Shown: piece by piece, positions 47,776 to 58,318 of the stretch | Position numbering within the stretch: the stretch's first letter is position 1 | Layout: each line of letters begins with the position of its first letter | Source of the DNA: Methanobrevibacter sp. | Lineage (GTDB): Archaea > Methanobacteriota > Methanobacteria > Methanobacteriales > Methanobacteriaceae | Direction: 5' to 3' | Length of the DNA stretch: 61,310 bases | Assembly (NCBI RefSeq): GCF_045126245.1 | Contig: NZ_JBGVOG010000020.1 | Span: 1 to 61,310, forward strand | Notes under the pieces: generated by a model | Told to the model about the DNA's origin: nothing | The model's input: only the letters and a program-made list of their open reading frames with translations | Databases searched by the model: none | Translations under genes and position numbers: made by a program

Positions 47776-48459
47776 ATGAAAAGATATATTTCAGAATTAA
47801 TCGGAACAATGGTTTTAGTCCTATTTGGATGTGGAAGCGCTGCCATAGCAGGCTCTCTTTTAGGAAACCTAGGTATTGCAATGGCTTTCGGTTTATCAAT
47901 TGTGGCCATGGCATACGTAATCGGAGACATCTCAGGATGCCACATCAACCCTGCCGTTTCAATAGGCATGTGGATTGATGGAAGGCTGGAAGCAAAAGAT
48001 TTAATCATGTACATTGTCTTCCAATGTATCGGTGCGATAATTGGTATTGCACTTCTTGTGGCAATTATTAATTCCGCTCCAAATCTTGGAGGATACTTGA
48101 CAACAGGATTAGGTCAGAATGGATTTGGTTCCGCATCAAGTGTTGGTTTAGATGTTGTAGGTGCAATAATTGTAGAAATTATCTTAACTTTTGTATTTGT
48201 ATTTACAGTTCTTGGAGTTACCAAAAAAACAGAAAATGCTGCAGTAGCAGGTATTGTAATCGGTTTAACATTAGCATTCGTGCATATTATGGGAATTCCA
48301 TTGACCGGTACTTCAGTTAACCCGGCACGTAGTTTGGCTCCCGCATTATTCATGGGCGGACAAGCTCTCCAACAAGTTTGGGTATTTATATTAGCTCCAA
48401 TTGTAGGTGCAGTGATTGCAGGTTTATTATACAAAGGTTTAACCACAGAGGATGCTTAA
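47776..48459 (+). CDS. MIP family channel (aquaporin)
   Basis: SGCHINPAVS and GTSVNPARS NPA motifs; ATG 47776 after GGAAGGG. Confidence 0.95.
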   Translation: MKRYISELIGTMVLVLFGCGSAAIAGSLLGNLGIAMAFGLSIVAMAYVIGDISGCHINPAVSIGMWIDGRLEAKDLIMYIVFQCIGAIIGIALLVAIINSAPNLGGYLTTGLGQNGFGSASSVGLDVVGAIIVEIILTFVFVFTVLGVTKKTENAAVAGIVIGLTLAFVHIMGIPLTGTSVNPARSLAPALFMGGQALQQVWVFILAPIVGAVIAGLLYKGLTTEDA

Positions 48460-48482
48460 ATCCTCTAACTTTTTTTATTTTT
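48447..48482 (+). terminator. Hairpin plus T-tract terminator
   Basis: AGAGGAT-gcttaa-ATCCTCT followed by a T-tract. Confidence 0.55.
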
Positions 48483-49173
48483 AAATTCTTATACTTCCAA
48501 TGTAAGTATAACCATTAATATTCTCAAAATCATCATTTATTTCAAATTCAAATGTTTTTTCATTGGCAACATACATATGGGCCAAACTGATTCCGATATC
48601 AATCGGATTCCATTTTTTAAGAATATGGCGCTTAATAATGTTCTGTTTCCGTTGATAAACATCAAAACCATTATTAGAATGTTTATAAAACCAAGGCTGT
48701 GAATTAATGGCTGAAGGTGCAAGCTGTGCAGGTTTTAATCTATCATCCTCAAAATCACTAATATTCGCTAGACTTTTCCTATTAAATTTGGAGACATCCC
48801 TTGTTAAATCATTAGATTTGCCAAAAGCGATTGCGATTATAAATTCAGGATCTTTATTTTTAACTGAAGCCATACCTACCCAACAGCTGCCGATGCCCAT
48901 GCTTTGTAAAAAAAGAGAAACCTGCTGAAAAATAAACCCGATATTTTCAAGATAATTTTCTTTTTTCTCACTGTATAATGCCAAATAGTATGGTGCACTC
49001 CAACGTGTTTTTAAATTTACTTTATCTTTTGTTAAAATCTCATATCTATAACTTATATCATCATTCAAAGACTTTACATTTGAAATAAATTCATGGATTG
49101 GATTCATATCAATTGTATCATCAACATACTTCCGGCAGGATTTTCTAACATATATCTGATTAGCTAAATTCAT
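48481..49173 (-). CDS. Nitroreductase family protein (TM1586-like)
   Basis: IYVRKSCRKY, MGIGSCWVG, LAPSAINSQPW, IDIGISLAH. Confidence 0.88.
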   Translation of the reverse strand: MNLANQIYVRKSCRKYVDDTIDMNPIHEFISNVKSLNDDISYRYEILTKDKVNLKTRWSAPYYLALYSEKKENYLENIGFIFQQVSLFLQSMGIGSCWVGMASVKNKDPEFIIAIAFGKSNDLTRDVSKFNRKSLANISDFEDDRLKPAQLAPSAINSQPWFYKHSNNGFDVYQRKQNIIKRHILKKWNPIDIGISLAHMYVANEKTFEFEINDDFENINGYTYIGSIRI

Positions 49174-49261
49174 TGAAAACCACCATATGAATACTAAATT
49201 TATTTTTACATTATATAAACTATAAATAATATCTAAAAGATATATTATATAAGGTGAATAT

Positions 49262-49939
49262 ATGAAAATTGTTGTAGCAATTGGAGGATCAATTTTATTG
49301 AAAGAATATAATTGTACAAAATTCCAAGAGTACAGTGCTATTTTAAAGGATTTATCTAAAGAACATGAATTATTTGTAGTGATTGGTGGCGGAAAACCTG
49401 CAAGAGACTACATTGGAGTGGTTCGTGATTTAGGTGCAGGAGAAGCGCAATGCGATGATATCGGAATTGAAGTTACAAGAATCAATGCAAAATTAATGTT
49501 GTCCGCTCTTGGTGATGCAGCATATCAAAGAGTTCCTCATAATTTCCAGGAAGCCTTGGAATTTTCAGCCAGCGGAAAAATAATTGTTATGGGTGGAACC
49601 GAACCTGCACACAGTACAGATGCAGTTTCAGCTATTCTTGCAGAATATATAAATGCAGATAAATTAATCAACCTGACTTCCGTTGATGGAATGTATACAA
49701 AAGATCCTAATAAATTTGATGATGCAGAACTTGTCCCTGAAATCACTGCAAGTGATTTGCTTGACTTTTTAAGTGGCAAAGATGTTAAAGCTGGAACTTA
49801 TGAATTCTTTGACACCACAGCAGTTCAAATGATTAAAAGATCCAATTTGGAAACAGTTATAACCAATGGTTTTGAACCTGAAAACCTAATTAAAGCCGTT
49901 AATGGTGAAAAAATTGGTACCAAAATTATAAATGAATAG
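49262..49939 (+). CDS. pyrH: Uridylate kinase
   Basis: [52 protein letters not shown]. Confidence 0.95.
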   Translation: MKIVVAIGGSILLKEYNCTKFQEYSAILKDLSKEHELFVVIGGGKPARDYIGVVRDLGAGEAQCDDIGIEVTRINAKLMLSALGDAAYQRVPHNFQEALEFSASGKIIVMGGTEPAHSTDAVSAILAEYINADKLINLTSVDGMYTKDPNKFDDAELVPEITASDLLDFLSGKDVKAGTYEFFDTTAVQMIKRSNLETVITNGFEPENLIKAVNGEKIGTKIINE

Positions 49940-49947
49940 GTGATTAA

Positions 49948-50733
49948 GTGGATAATCTCATCGATATCGGTTTAAATCTAATGCATAAATCATTTGCAAA
50001 AGACCGATTGGAAATTATTGAAGAAGCTAAAAAAGTTGGAGTCAATCAATTCATCATTACCGGAACCAATGTGCATTCAAGTCATATTGCTGCTGAATAT
50101 GCATCCAAATACCCTGAAACATTATTTTCAACATCAGGAGTGCATCCCCATGATGCAAAGACATGCAATGGCCATACCATTAATGAATTAGAAAAGATAT
50201 CTAAAAATAGTTCAGTAGTGGCCATTGGAGAATGTGGCCTTGACTATAACAGAAACTTTTCACCGCAAGATTTGCAGAGAAAATGGTTTGAAGCACAGGT
50301 TGAACTTGCACAAAGACTTGACATGCCTTTATTTTTACATGAAAGGGAAGCGCACAACGATTTATACAATATACTAAAAAAATATGATGTTGGCGAGAAA
50401 GCCGTTGTTCATTGCTTTACCGGAACTAAAAGTGAAGCACAAAATTATATTGATTTAGGATGTTATATTGGTGTTACAGGATGGATTTGTGATATGAAAA
50501 GAGGAAGAGACTTGCAAGAAGCTGTAAGTGTAATTCCCCCTGAAAAATTGATGATTGAAACTGATGCACCATTTTTAATACCAAAAAACTTTGATGTGAA
50601 ACCTAAAAAAAATAGAAATGAACCGAAATATTTACCTCATATCCTCGAATTTATTGCACTCTGCATGGGTCTTGATAAAGAAGAACTTGCAGTTCAAGTT
50701 ACTAAAAATACTAAAGAATTTTTTAAAATATAG
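49948..50733 (+). CDS. tatD: TatD family deoxyribonuclease
   Basis: IDIGLNL, SGVHPHDAK, IGECGLDYNRNFS, FLHEREAH, HCFTG, ETDAPFL, RNEP. Confidence 0.9.
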   Translation: MDNLIDIGLNLMHKSFAKDRLEIIEEAKKVGVNQFIITGTNVHSSHIAAEYASKYPETLFSTSGVHPHDAKTCNGHTINELEKISKNSSVVAIGECGLDYNRNFSPQDLQRKWFEAQVELAQRLDMPLFLHEREAHNDLYNILKKYDVGEKAVVHCFTGTKSEAQNYIDLGCYIGVTGWICDMKRGRDLQEAVSVIPPEKLMIETDAPFLIPKNFDVKPKKNRNEPKYLPHILEFIALCMGLDKEELAVQVTKNTKEFFKI

Positions 50734-50744
50734 GAAGTGAAAAA

Positions 50745-50936
50745 ATGGCAGTAGAACCTCATAAACATTGTCCAATATGTGGAACACCAATACCTTTAAA
50801 CGAACTTGTATGCTCACCAGATTGCCAAAAAGTCTGGGACGCTAGATTAGCTCAAACCAAAAGAACTAGATTAATATTATACGTAGTTATTGCAATATTT
50901 CTAATTATTTGGGCAATAATGACCTTTATGAAATAG
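50745..50936 (+). CDS. DUF2116 family Zn-ribbon membrane protein
   Basis: [14 protein letters not shown]....CSPDC followed by a TM helix. Confidence 0.88.
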   Translation: MAVEPHKHCPICGTPIPLNELVCSPDCQKVWDARLAQTKRTRLILYVVIAIFLIIWAIMTFMK

Positions 50937-50944
50937 TGGTATTA

Positions 50945-51268
50945 ATGATTATAACCTCATCAAATACACTTGCCGATAAAAAAATAATCGACTATAAAGG
51001 GTTGGTTACCGGAGAATCACTTATTGGAGCCAACATTTATAAAGACTTATTTTCCGGAGTTCGTGATGTTGTAGGCGGAAGGACATCTAAATACGAAGAA
51101 GAACTCAAAAAAGCCAGAGACCTTGCTTTGGAAAGTATGGAAGATAAAGCTAAAGCTTTAGGGGCTAATGCAATTATCGGACTTAAAATCTCTTATGACA
51201 ATCTTGGCGGCACTATGGGAAATACAATTCTGGTAACCGCTTATGGTACTGCAATTTATTTTGAATAA
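50945..51268 (+). CDS. YbjQ/UPF0145 (heavy-metal-binding-like) protein
   Basis: MIITSS, GLVTGE, RDVVGGR...[17 protein letters not shown]. Confidence 0.92.
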   Translation: MIITSSNTLADKKIIDYKGLVTGESLIGANIYKDLFSGVRDVVGGRTSKYEEELKKARDLALESMEDKAKALGANAIIGLKISYDNLGGTMGNTILVTAYGTAIYFE

Positions 51269-51269
51269 C

Positions 51270-52121
51270 ATGAAAATTAGAAATACTGAGATTGACATCA
51301 TACATGGTATGAAAGTGCTTTTCTGTATTGGTGCAGGTACCGCAATAGGGCTTTTAGTTTACGGTATTTTTTTATATTTCCATATCGACATTTTCGGTTG
51401 GAATTTAGGTTTGATTTTCGCACCATTGGCAGCGGGCTACGTTGAAACCATTCTTGCAAATAGGATTATTGGCGAAAATGTAGGTGCAATAAGTGCATTC
51501 ATTCTTTTTATAGATACAACATTTTACAGTTTTATCCTAAAAAATCCAACTTTAGGGATTAATTTAATAACCGCAGGATCAATAATTGTTATCTTACAAG
51601 CCGCATTTCCAACATTGATAAATTATATTCTTTTAGTTGTGCTTGGAGGAATCTTTTCAAATTTCCTGAAAGACTTGAAAAGAATTGTTAAAAAAATTGA
51701 AGATGTATATGCGAACCGGGGCATATTTTTTTGGAATGGTCCTCCTATAAAAATAGAAGATGAAGAAATAACCCTGTTCGACGAAGTTGAAAGCAACAAT
51801 AAACTGAATAGCCTGGATTTTTACTTTATAACAAGTACAGATATGGTTGATAGAGAACATGAAATTATTGGAGTTTTCCAAAGTCAAGTGATTTTAAAAA
51901 GGGATACACATTTGGTTCATGCCGACATTGAAGAATTTGAGCTTAAAACACTGAATTATATTAAACAGGGAAAGGACGAATGTTTAATAAAACTATCAGA
52001 AAAGATTAAATCCTATGGGGGAAACGGAATTCTGAATTTGGAAATTCATTATGGTCTTGTTGGACTTGGTGGAGATGATTTCCATATAAGCGCGACTGGA
52101 ATCGGGCTTTATGTCCCTTGA
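51270..52121 (+). CDS. Membrane protein with C-terminal divergent YbjQ-like domain
   Basis: About 4 N-terminal TM; FITST...KDECL.KL.EK.KSYGGNGIL.L.I.Y...SATG resembles YbjQ. Confidence 0.65.
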   Translation: MKIRNTEIDIIHGMKVLFCIGAGTAIGLLVYGIFLYFHIDIFGWNLGLIFAPLAAGYVETILANRIIGENVGAISAFILFIDTTFYSFILKNPTLGINLITAGSIIVILQAAFPTLINYILLVVLGGIFSNFLKDLKRIVKKIEDVYANRGIFFWNGPPIKIEDEEITLFDEVESNNKLNSLDFYFITSTDMVDREHEIIGVFQSQVILKRDTHLVHADIEEFELKTLNYIKQGKDECLIKLSEKIKSYGGNGILNLEIHYGLVGLGGDDFHISATGIGLYVP

Positions 52122-52138
52122 AAAATTCTATAACTTAA

Positions 52139-52957
52139 TTAAGGTAAAATACCTAACATTTTTAATGCCATATACACCACTAAAACAGAAAATACTATTT
52201 TTAATTTCTTTTGAGGAACTTTGTGCGCCATTTTAGCTCCAAATGATGCAAACGGTACTGAAAAACAAGCTATTAAAATAAAATTAATAATGCTAACATA
52301 TCCAATTGAATATGGGAATGTGCTAACGCCCCAACCGGATACGATATATGACAAAAATCCTCCGATGGCAGTTAAACTGATGAATATTGATGATGTTCCA
52401 ATAGCTTCTATTAATGAAAATCCCAAAAGGGCTGTTAAAATTACTATTAGGAATACTCCTCCTCCGATGCCTAAAAGACCGGACGCGAATCCAACCAAAA
52501 TCCCGATGACGGCACAGGAAATCAAATTGAACGGAATTTTTGCTTCTTCCCTTTCCTTATTGAGATCAACAATATTTTTAATTGCAACAAATAACAGCAA
52601 ACAACCGAATATTATTTCCAAAGTTCGTGATGGAAGCCCTGAAGCGACAAACCCTCCAATAGCACCACCAACTATTCCAAATACACCCAATTGCAATCCC
52701 GGTTTTATAATCCCATCTAGAGATTTTGTGTGTCTATATGCTCCGCTTAATGCTGTTGGAATGATAATGGCCAGACTTGTTCCGATTGATATTAGCATTG
52801 CAAGGCTGGGTTCAACTCCGATGTATTTCAAAAGAAAATACTGTAAAGGAACAATTAAAAATCCTCCTCCAACACCCAAAAGTCCAGATGCAAAACCTGC
52901 GCAAATACCAATTAAGATTAAGCCTATGAAATATTCTATCGGAAACATAATCATCAT
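52139..52957 (-). CDS. Sulfite exporter TauE/SafE family protein
   Basis: Two repeats, GFASGLLGVGGG and GFASGLLGIGGG; IGTS motif in each. Confidence 0.92.
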   Translation of the reverse strand: MMIMFPIEYFIGLILIGICAGFASGLLGVGGGFLIVPLQYFLLKYIGVEPSLAMLISIGTSLAIIIPTALSGAYRHTKSLDGIIKPGLQLGVFGIVGGAIGGFVASGLPSRTLEIIFGCLLLFVAIKNIVDLNKEREEAKIPFNLISCAVIGILVGFASGLLGIGGGVFLIVILTALLGFSLIEAIGTSSIFISLTAIGGFLSYIVSGWGVSTFPYSIGYVSIINFILIACFSVPFASFGAKMAHKVPQKKLKIVFSVLVVYMALKMLGILP

Positions 52958-52990
52958 TTATTTAAACTATTAATACTTAAATTATTGTTA

Positions 52991-54061
52991 ATGAGAGTTA
53001 ATAAAACTATCATAATCGGATTGATATTTATGCTCCTTGCGGGAGCGATATTTGTAAGTGACATTCTTAACCCAGTTATAAGACCAATTACATATCAATT
53101 TCTAATGGGATCCTCCAAAGGGAAAGACATCATATTCTTTGGCCTTTTAGGATTATTCCTGATATTGTCCCAAGCGATTGATAGAGATATTGACGCTACC
53201 AGATATTTGAAAATCTCAATGCTGATAGGCTTTGCGACATTGACTTTAGGAATTCTTTTGGAAATTGTCTTTAGACTGGAAATGGGAATCAAACTCAACA
53301 CCATTTTTGCATCAATGACAGGCACAATGAGCACCACCAGTATTTTGCACACACACCTGTTAAAGTCCATTTTAGGAGCACTTTTAACTCAGATTATAGG
53401 GCCGCTAATCCAAAGCGACATCAACACGGGAGTTGGCCTATATCAATATCTTCCAAGTTTCAGTTTTTTAGTAATTTTACTGATCCCAATATTGTTCATT
53501 ACTCTTGTTTTTGCAATGCAAAGACGCCCATGGCTTACAAATTTCCTGATTGCATTCTTTTCAAGCTGTTTGATAATTGGATCCATCGATGGAGGGATGT
53601 TTGCAACACCATCATATGTGGGATTATTGGGATTATATTTAGTTTATAGGAATGGTTATTATCTGAATTACATTGTTGGAACTGTATTGGGCGATGAAGC
53701 ATTGCTTAATGAAAATGAAGCCATTCAACCAGTTTATAAAAATCATGACCTTAGCCGAATCAGATATCTGTTTAACAGATTTTTAATTTACTTCGTTGTA
53801 ATTGCTGTGATAATTTTAAGATTCACCGTTGCATTTGCAGGAGCCGAACCGGATTACTATACCATTAACATTGCAAATGAGAGTGGAGACATTGATTTTG
53901 GAGATATTCCCATGGAAAAAATCACTCAAAGCAACAACATTACCACATATCATGTAGATTCACAATACAATGAGATGAAACTGTTAAATGATTTGAAAGT
54001 TCCCTTAAACAATTCGTGCGAGTACTATACCGTAAGTTGGAATGTTTACTCCTATCTGTGA
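52991..54061 (+). CDS. Conserved multi-pass membrane protein of unknown function
   Basis: Multiple TM; GSSKGKD, SILHTHLLK, IDGG motifs. Confidence 0.7.
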   Translation: MRVNKTIIIGLIFMLLAGAIFVSDILNPVIRPITYQFLMGSSKGKDIIFFGLLGLFLILSQAIDRDIDATRYLKISMLIGFATLTLGILLEIVFRLEMGIKLNTIFASMTGTMSTTSILHTHLLKSILGALLTQIIGPLIQSDINTGVGLYQYLPSFSFLVILLIPILFITLVFAMQRRPWLTNFLIAFFSSCLIIGSIDGGMFATPSYVGLLGLYLVYRNGYYLNYIVGTVLGDEALLNENEAIQPVYKNHDLSRIRYLFNRFLIYFVVIAVIILRFTVAFAGAEPDYYTINIANESGDIDFGDIPMEKITQSNNITTYHVDSQYNEMKLLNDLKVPLNNSCEYYTVSWNVYSYL

Positions 54062-54112
54062 AAAATTGATTTTATAGAAAGCATTATATTTTTTTAAACC
54101 AAACTTTAAGTA

Positions 54113-54994
54113 ATGAAAAAAACCTATCTAATTTTACCAATTCTTGCGGGAATCATGTTTGGGTCAGCAGGAATATTTGTGCGAACATTAACTCATAATG
54201 GAATTGATCCAACCACACTTCTGTTTTTAAGGTTTTCAATAGCCTCAATTCCAATCCTGCTAGCTATCTTATTTACCAATAAAGGATTGTTTAAAATAGA
54301 TTTATCGGATTTACCATTATTTTTAGCATGTGCGATTTGTATTATTGGACTTAATTTATGCTATAACGAGTCCATGAATACCATACCATTATCTCTTGCA
54401 GCAGTGCTTCTGTCTCTTGCCCCAATTTACGTATTAATTCTTGCATACATATTATTTGGAGAGAAAATAACGCCCAAAAAGTTAGTCTGTATGTTTTTAG
54501 CAATAATTGGATGTTTGCTTATGACTGGAGTTTTAGAAGATAGCTTAACATCTGCTCCATTATTGGGCATTCTACTGGGTATCGGTGCGGGCTTATTTTG
54601 GGCAGTATACCTTATGGCATCTAAAAAATCAATTGAAAGAGGCAAGCACACATACACTATACTATTTTATTCGATAGTTCTCATTTCAATTGCATTAATT
54701 CCCTTTACAGATTTTAGCCAAATTGCAAGTTTTGTTTCTATAAATCCTACTTTAACAATAGCATTTCTAATAATACACTCAACATTTTCATTTGCATTGC
54801 CTTATATTCTCTCAACAGTAAGTTTGAATTATATTGATTCGGGCGTTTCATCAATCTTACTCTCGGGTTCAGAACCACTTGCCGCATTAATCTTTGGATT
54901 GCTATTATATTCGGAAATCCCCACAATCCTAATGTTTTTTGGATTTGTATTATCGATGATTGCTATGATGTTACTTGGAAAAACGAACACCTAA
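54113..54994 (+). CDS. DMT/EamA family transporter
   Basis: About 10 TM; GIFVR, LAAVLL.LAP, LFGEKIT, EPLAA. Confidence 0.9.
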   Translation: MKKTYLILPILAGIMFGSAGIFVRTLTHNGIDPTTLLFLRFSIASIPILLAILFTNKGLFKIDLSDLPLFLACAICIIGLNLCYNESMNTIPLSLAAVLLSLAPIYVLILAYILFGEKITPKKLVCMFLAIIGCLLMTGVLEDSLTSAPLLGILLGIGAGLFWAVYLMASKKSIERGKHTYTILFYSIVLISIALIPFTDFSQIASFVSINPTLTIAFLIIHSTFSFALPYILSTVSLNYIDSGVSSILLSGSEPLAALIFGLLLYSEIPTILMFFGFVLSMIAMMLLGKTNT

Positions 54995-55103
54995 TGCAAC
55001 AAATTATATGCAAAATTCATTAAGTTTGCCTAAAAATGACCAAAGTATTTATTACCCAGTTCCATTAAAGTTAATAATAACTAGTTGAATGGAGGTAAAA
55101 AAT

Positions 55104-55322
55104 ATGGTAAACGCTATACTTGCAGCAATTTTATCCTTCTTTATTCCAGGTTTAGGTCAAGCACTTGCTGGAGACATTAAAAAAGGAGTAATCTTTTTCG
55201 TAATTGCAATTGTATTAGGTTTCATTTTAGGATGGATATTTGGAATGGGAATCATTACATACATTGTTGCTCTTCTTTACGATTTATATGCTGCTTATGA
55301 TGCATATAACATGGCAAAATAA
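55104..55322 (+). CDS. Small membrane protein (TM2-like AAILSFFIPGLGQ family)
   Basis: ATG 55104 after GGAGGT; LAAILSFFIPGLGQ...G..KKG...AAYDAY. Confidence 0.8.
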   Translation: MVNAILAAILSFFIPGLGQALAGDIKKGVIFFVIAIVLGFILGWIFGMGIITYIVALLYDLYAAYDAYNMAK

Positions 55323-55361
55323 GGTTAAAATATTTAATTTTAACCATTTTTTTCTTTTTTT
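55323..55361 (+). terminator. Hairpin plus T-tract terminator
   Basis: GGTTAAAAT-attta-ATTTTAACC followed by TTTTTTTCTTTTTTT. Confidence 0.6.
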
Positions 55362-55406
55362 AAAATTTTACAAAAACTTATTAATTCTAAAATTAAATTT
55401 TTACAT

Positions 55407-57299
55407 ATGATTTTAAGCATTATCATTCCTACATACAATGAGGAAGAATACCTTCCGGTTCTCTTAGAGAGCATTAAAAAACAAAGTTTTACCGATTATG
55501 AAGTTATTGTAGCTGATGCTAATTCAACCGACAACACCAGAAAAATCGCTGAAGAATATGGCTGTATTGTAGTTGATGGTGGTCTTCCGGGCGTAGGTAG
55601 AAATAATGGTGCGAAAGTGGCCAAAGGAGAATATCTGCTGTTTTTAGATTCTGATTTGGAGCTTACTGACGATTACCTGAGGGATGTCTTATACGAATTC
55701 AGAATGGAACATCTCGGAATAGCCATTACTCAAATGCTTCCGATGTCAAATAAAGTTGAGGACAAACTGTTCCACGATTTCGCCAATTACTTCATGATTG
55801 GTGTTGAAAATATAAAGCCCCACGGTGCAGGATGTTATGGAATAATCTCTCGAAAAGAACTGCACGATGAATGTGAGGGATTCGATGAATCCTTAACTTT
55901 CGGTGAAGATACCGATTATATTGAAAGGTTGGCCAAAAAAGGAAGGTTTAAAGTTCTAAGAAATGCAAAAATTGGCGTTTCGACCAGAAGGCTTGAAGAG
56001 GAAGGCATAACAACATTAATTAGACAATATGGAACAAGTACTGTTAATGACTTTTTAGGAAAAAGAACCGACGCCAAGGAACTTAACTATAATTTTGACC
56101 ATGGACATGAAAGAATTACACCTAAGAGATTTGAGAATCTGGAAAAAAGAGTAGAACAGATTAATGACATAAAAGAAAGCTACGACAAATCTATTGCACG
56201 CATTAACAATACCCGATCCCGAATAAAATCTAGCCACCGTCAAAGAGACAGGAAAGTTGTGTTTTACTGCGTTTGCGGTGAGGGAATGGGACATGCAATA
56301 AGGACTAGTGTAATTGTCGATAAAATCAAAGAAAAATATGACGTATACCTTTTTTCAAGTGACAGGGCTTATGAATACTTAAAATCCAAATTTGACAATG
56401 TCTATGAAATAGGCGGATTCAACACCGTCTATATCAACAACAAGGTAAATAACCTAAAAACATTATCAGATGCGATAAAAAGAAATCCAACCAACATCAA
56501 GGTAGGATATGAGAACCTATATAAAAAAGCTGCACAGCTGAAGCCTGATGTCATTGTAACTGATTTTGAAATATATGCTACAATGCTTTCCAAAATACGC
56601 AATATTCCATTAATCAGCTTAGACAATATTCACATGATTACACAAACCAAAATTGACTATCCTAAAAGCCATTATGTTGAAATGCTTAAAGCGAAAGGAG
56701 TCATAAAAACCTATGTTGTGAATCCAAGAATCCACATTTTAACAAGTTTCTTTTATCCAAAAATCCGGGCAAAGAAAAATGCCGTAATATATCCTCCAAT
56801 CATCCGTGAAGAAATTCTAAAAATGGAACCCAAAGAAGGAAACCATATTATCGTATATCAGACAAGCCGTGAAAGTGAAAAACTTGTTGGTAGACTTAAG
56901 GCACTTAAAGATGAACAGTTTATCGTGTACGGATTTGATAAAGAAGAGACTGACGGAAACTTATGTTATAAACACTTTAATGAAGATGAATTTTATGATG
57001 ATCTTGCCTCTGCAAAAGCAGTAATCTGCAACGGAGGATTCACTTTTATCTCCGAAGCCATACATCTTAAAAAGCCAATCTATTCTGTGCCTGCGGTTGG
57101 AAACTTCGAACAAACATTAAACGGATTTTACGTGCAAAAATTAGGCTATGGGGAGTATCATGAAGTAATGAGTGCTAAAAGAGTGGCCAATTTCTTAAAA
57201 AGACTTCCAAAATATCAAAAAAGACTTGCTAAAGTTAAAAAGACAAATAACGATGGAATCGTCCAAGAGTTAATCTATAGAATCGAAAAATATTCCTAA
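55407..57299 (+). CDS. Fused glycosyltransferase: GT2 (GT-A) plus MJ1255/MurG-like (GT-B)
   Basis: SIIIPTYNEE, VADANSTD, RNNGA, FLDSD, GEDTD; then GEGMGHA.R, VTDFE, NGGFTFISEA, FEQ..N. Confidence 0.88.
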   Translation: MILSIIIPTYNEEEYLPVLLESIKKQSFTDYEVIVADANSTDNTRKIAEEYGCIVVDGGLPGVGRNNGAKVAKGEYLLFLDSDLELTDDYLRDVLYEFRMEHLGIAITQMLPMSNKVEDKLFHDFANYFMIGVENIKPHGAGCYGIISRKELHDECEGFDESLTFGEDTDYIERLAKKGRFKVLRNAKIGVSTRRLEEEGITTLIRQYGTSTVNDFLGKRTDAKELNYNFDHGHERITPKRFENLEKRVEQINDIKESYDKSIARINNTRSRIKSSHRQRDRKVVFYCVCGEGMGHAIRTSVIVDKIKEKYDVYLFSSDRAYEYLKSKFDNVYEIGGFNTVYINNKVNNLKTLSDAIKRNPTNIKVGYENLYKKAAQLKPDVIVTDFEIYATMLSKIRNIPLISLDNIHMITQTKIDYPKSHYVEMLKAKGVIKTYVVNPRIHILTSFFYPKIRAKKNAVIYPPIIREEILKMEPKEGNHIIVYQTSRESEKLVGRLKALKDEQFIVYGFDKEETDGNLCYKHFNEDEFYDDLASAKAVICNGGFTFISEAIHLKKPIYSVPAVGNFEQTLNGFYVQKLGYGEYHEVMSAKRVANFLKRLPKYQKRLAKVKKTNNDGIVQELIYRIEKYS

Positions 57300-57325
57300 T
57301 AAAAAAAGATAAAAAAAACGAGTGT

Positions 57326-58318
57326 TTATAAAGTAACACCCATTTCCAATTGTTCTGTTAATTCTTTGTATCTGTTACGGATAGTAACTTCGGTTACACC
57401 CGCAATATCTGCAACATCCCTTTGTGTTTTTCTCTCACCAAGCAAAACAGAAGCGATGTATAATGCGGCTGCAGCCACACCGGTAGGGCCTCTTCCTGAA
57501 GTCAAACCTTTTTCCATAGCTTTTTCAATAATTTCAATAGCTTTGGATTGTGCTTCACCTGATAATCCCAGTTCTGATGCGAACCTTGGAACGTAATCTA
57601 CTGGAGAAGTTGGTGGTAACTTAATATTTAATTCACGGGTCAAAAACCTGTAAGTTCTTCCCACTTCTTTTTTGGTAACTCTAGACACTTCAGCAATTTC
57701 ATCCAAGGTACGTGGCACATTACAACGACGACATGCAGCATATAAAGAAGCGGCAACTACACCTTCAATACTTCTTCCCCTGATTAACTTATTATCTACT
57801 GCACTTCTATAAACTACAGATGCTGCTTCCCTTACACTTCTTGGAAGACCTAATCTTGAAGAGTCACGGTCAAGTTCACTTAAAGCAAACGCCAGGTTCC
57901 TTTCTGTAGCGCCGGAAATTCTGATTTTCCTTTGCCATTTTCTTAACCTATACCATTGAGCACGGTTTCTTGCAGGAATATCCCGACCGTAAATATCCTT
58001 ATTTCTCCAGTCGATCATTGTACTCAAACCTTTATCGTGAATAGTGTAAGTAATTGGAGCTCCAACTCTTGTACGTTTATCTCTTTGTTCGTGGTCAAAT
58101 GCTCTCCATTCAGGACCCATATCTACAAGATTTTCATCAATAACCAATCCACAACGAGCACAAACGACTTCTGCTCTTTCATAGTCTCCGATTAATTCTT
58201 CTGAACCACATTCAGGACAAATAGTTTGTTTATTATCTTCAAATACTCTTTCTTGAATTGGTTCGTTTACAGCTCTCCTACGTCTTCTGCTAGGAGTTTC
58301 CTTTACTTCTTGTGTCGT
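57326..58318 (-). CDS. tfb: Transcription initiation factor IIB; non-canonical start (ACG 58318 or ATT 58258)
   Basis: Zn ribbon CPECG...CARCG in frame upstream of the track's [36 protein letters not shown]. Confidence 0.92.
   Translation of the reverse strand, partial: TTQEVKETPSRRRRRAVNEPIQERVFEDNKQTICPECGSEELIGDYERAEVVCARCGLVIDENLVDMGPEWRAFDHEQRDKRTRVGAPITYTIHDKGLSTMIDWRNKDIYGRDIPARNRAQWYRLRKWQRKIRISGATERNLAFALSELDRDSSRLGLPRSVREAASVVYRSAVDNKLIRGRSIEGVVAASLYAACRRCNVPRTLDEIAEVSRVTKKEVGRTYRFLTRELNIKLPPTSPVDYVPRFASELGLSGEAQSKAIEIIEKAMEKGLTSGRGPTGVAAAALYIASVLLGERKTQRDVADIAGVTEVTIRNRYKELTEQLEMGVTL

Noticed and set aside
52221..52973. 250-aa plus-strand ORF
   Set aside because: Antisense shadow of the TauE/SafE gene, with the P/N/I/K-rich composition typical of reverse-read membrane-protein codons.
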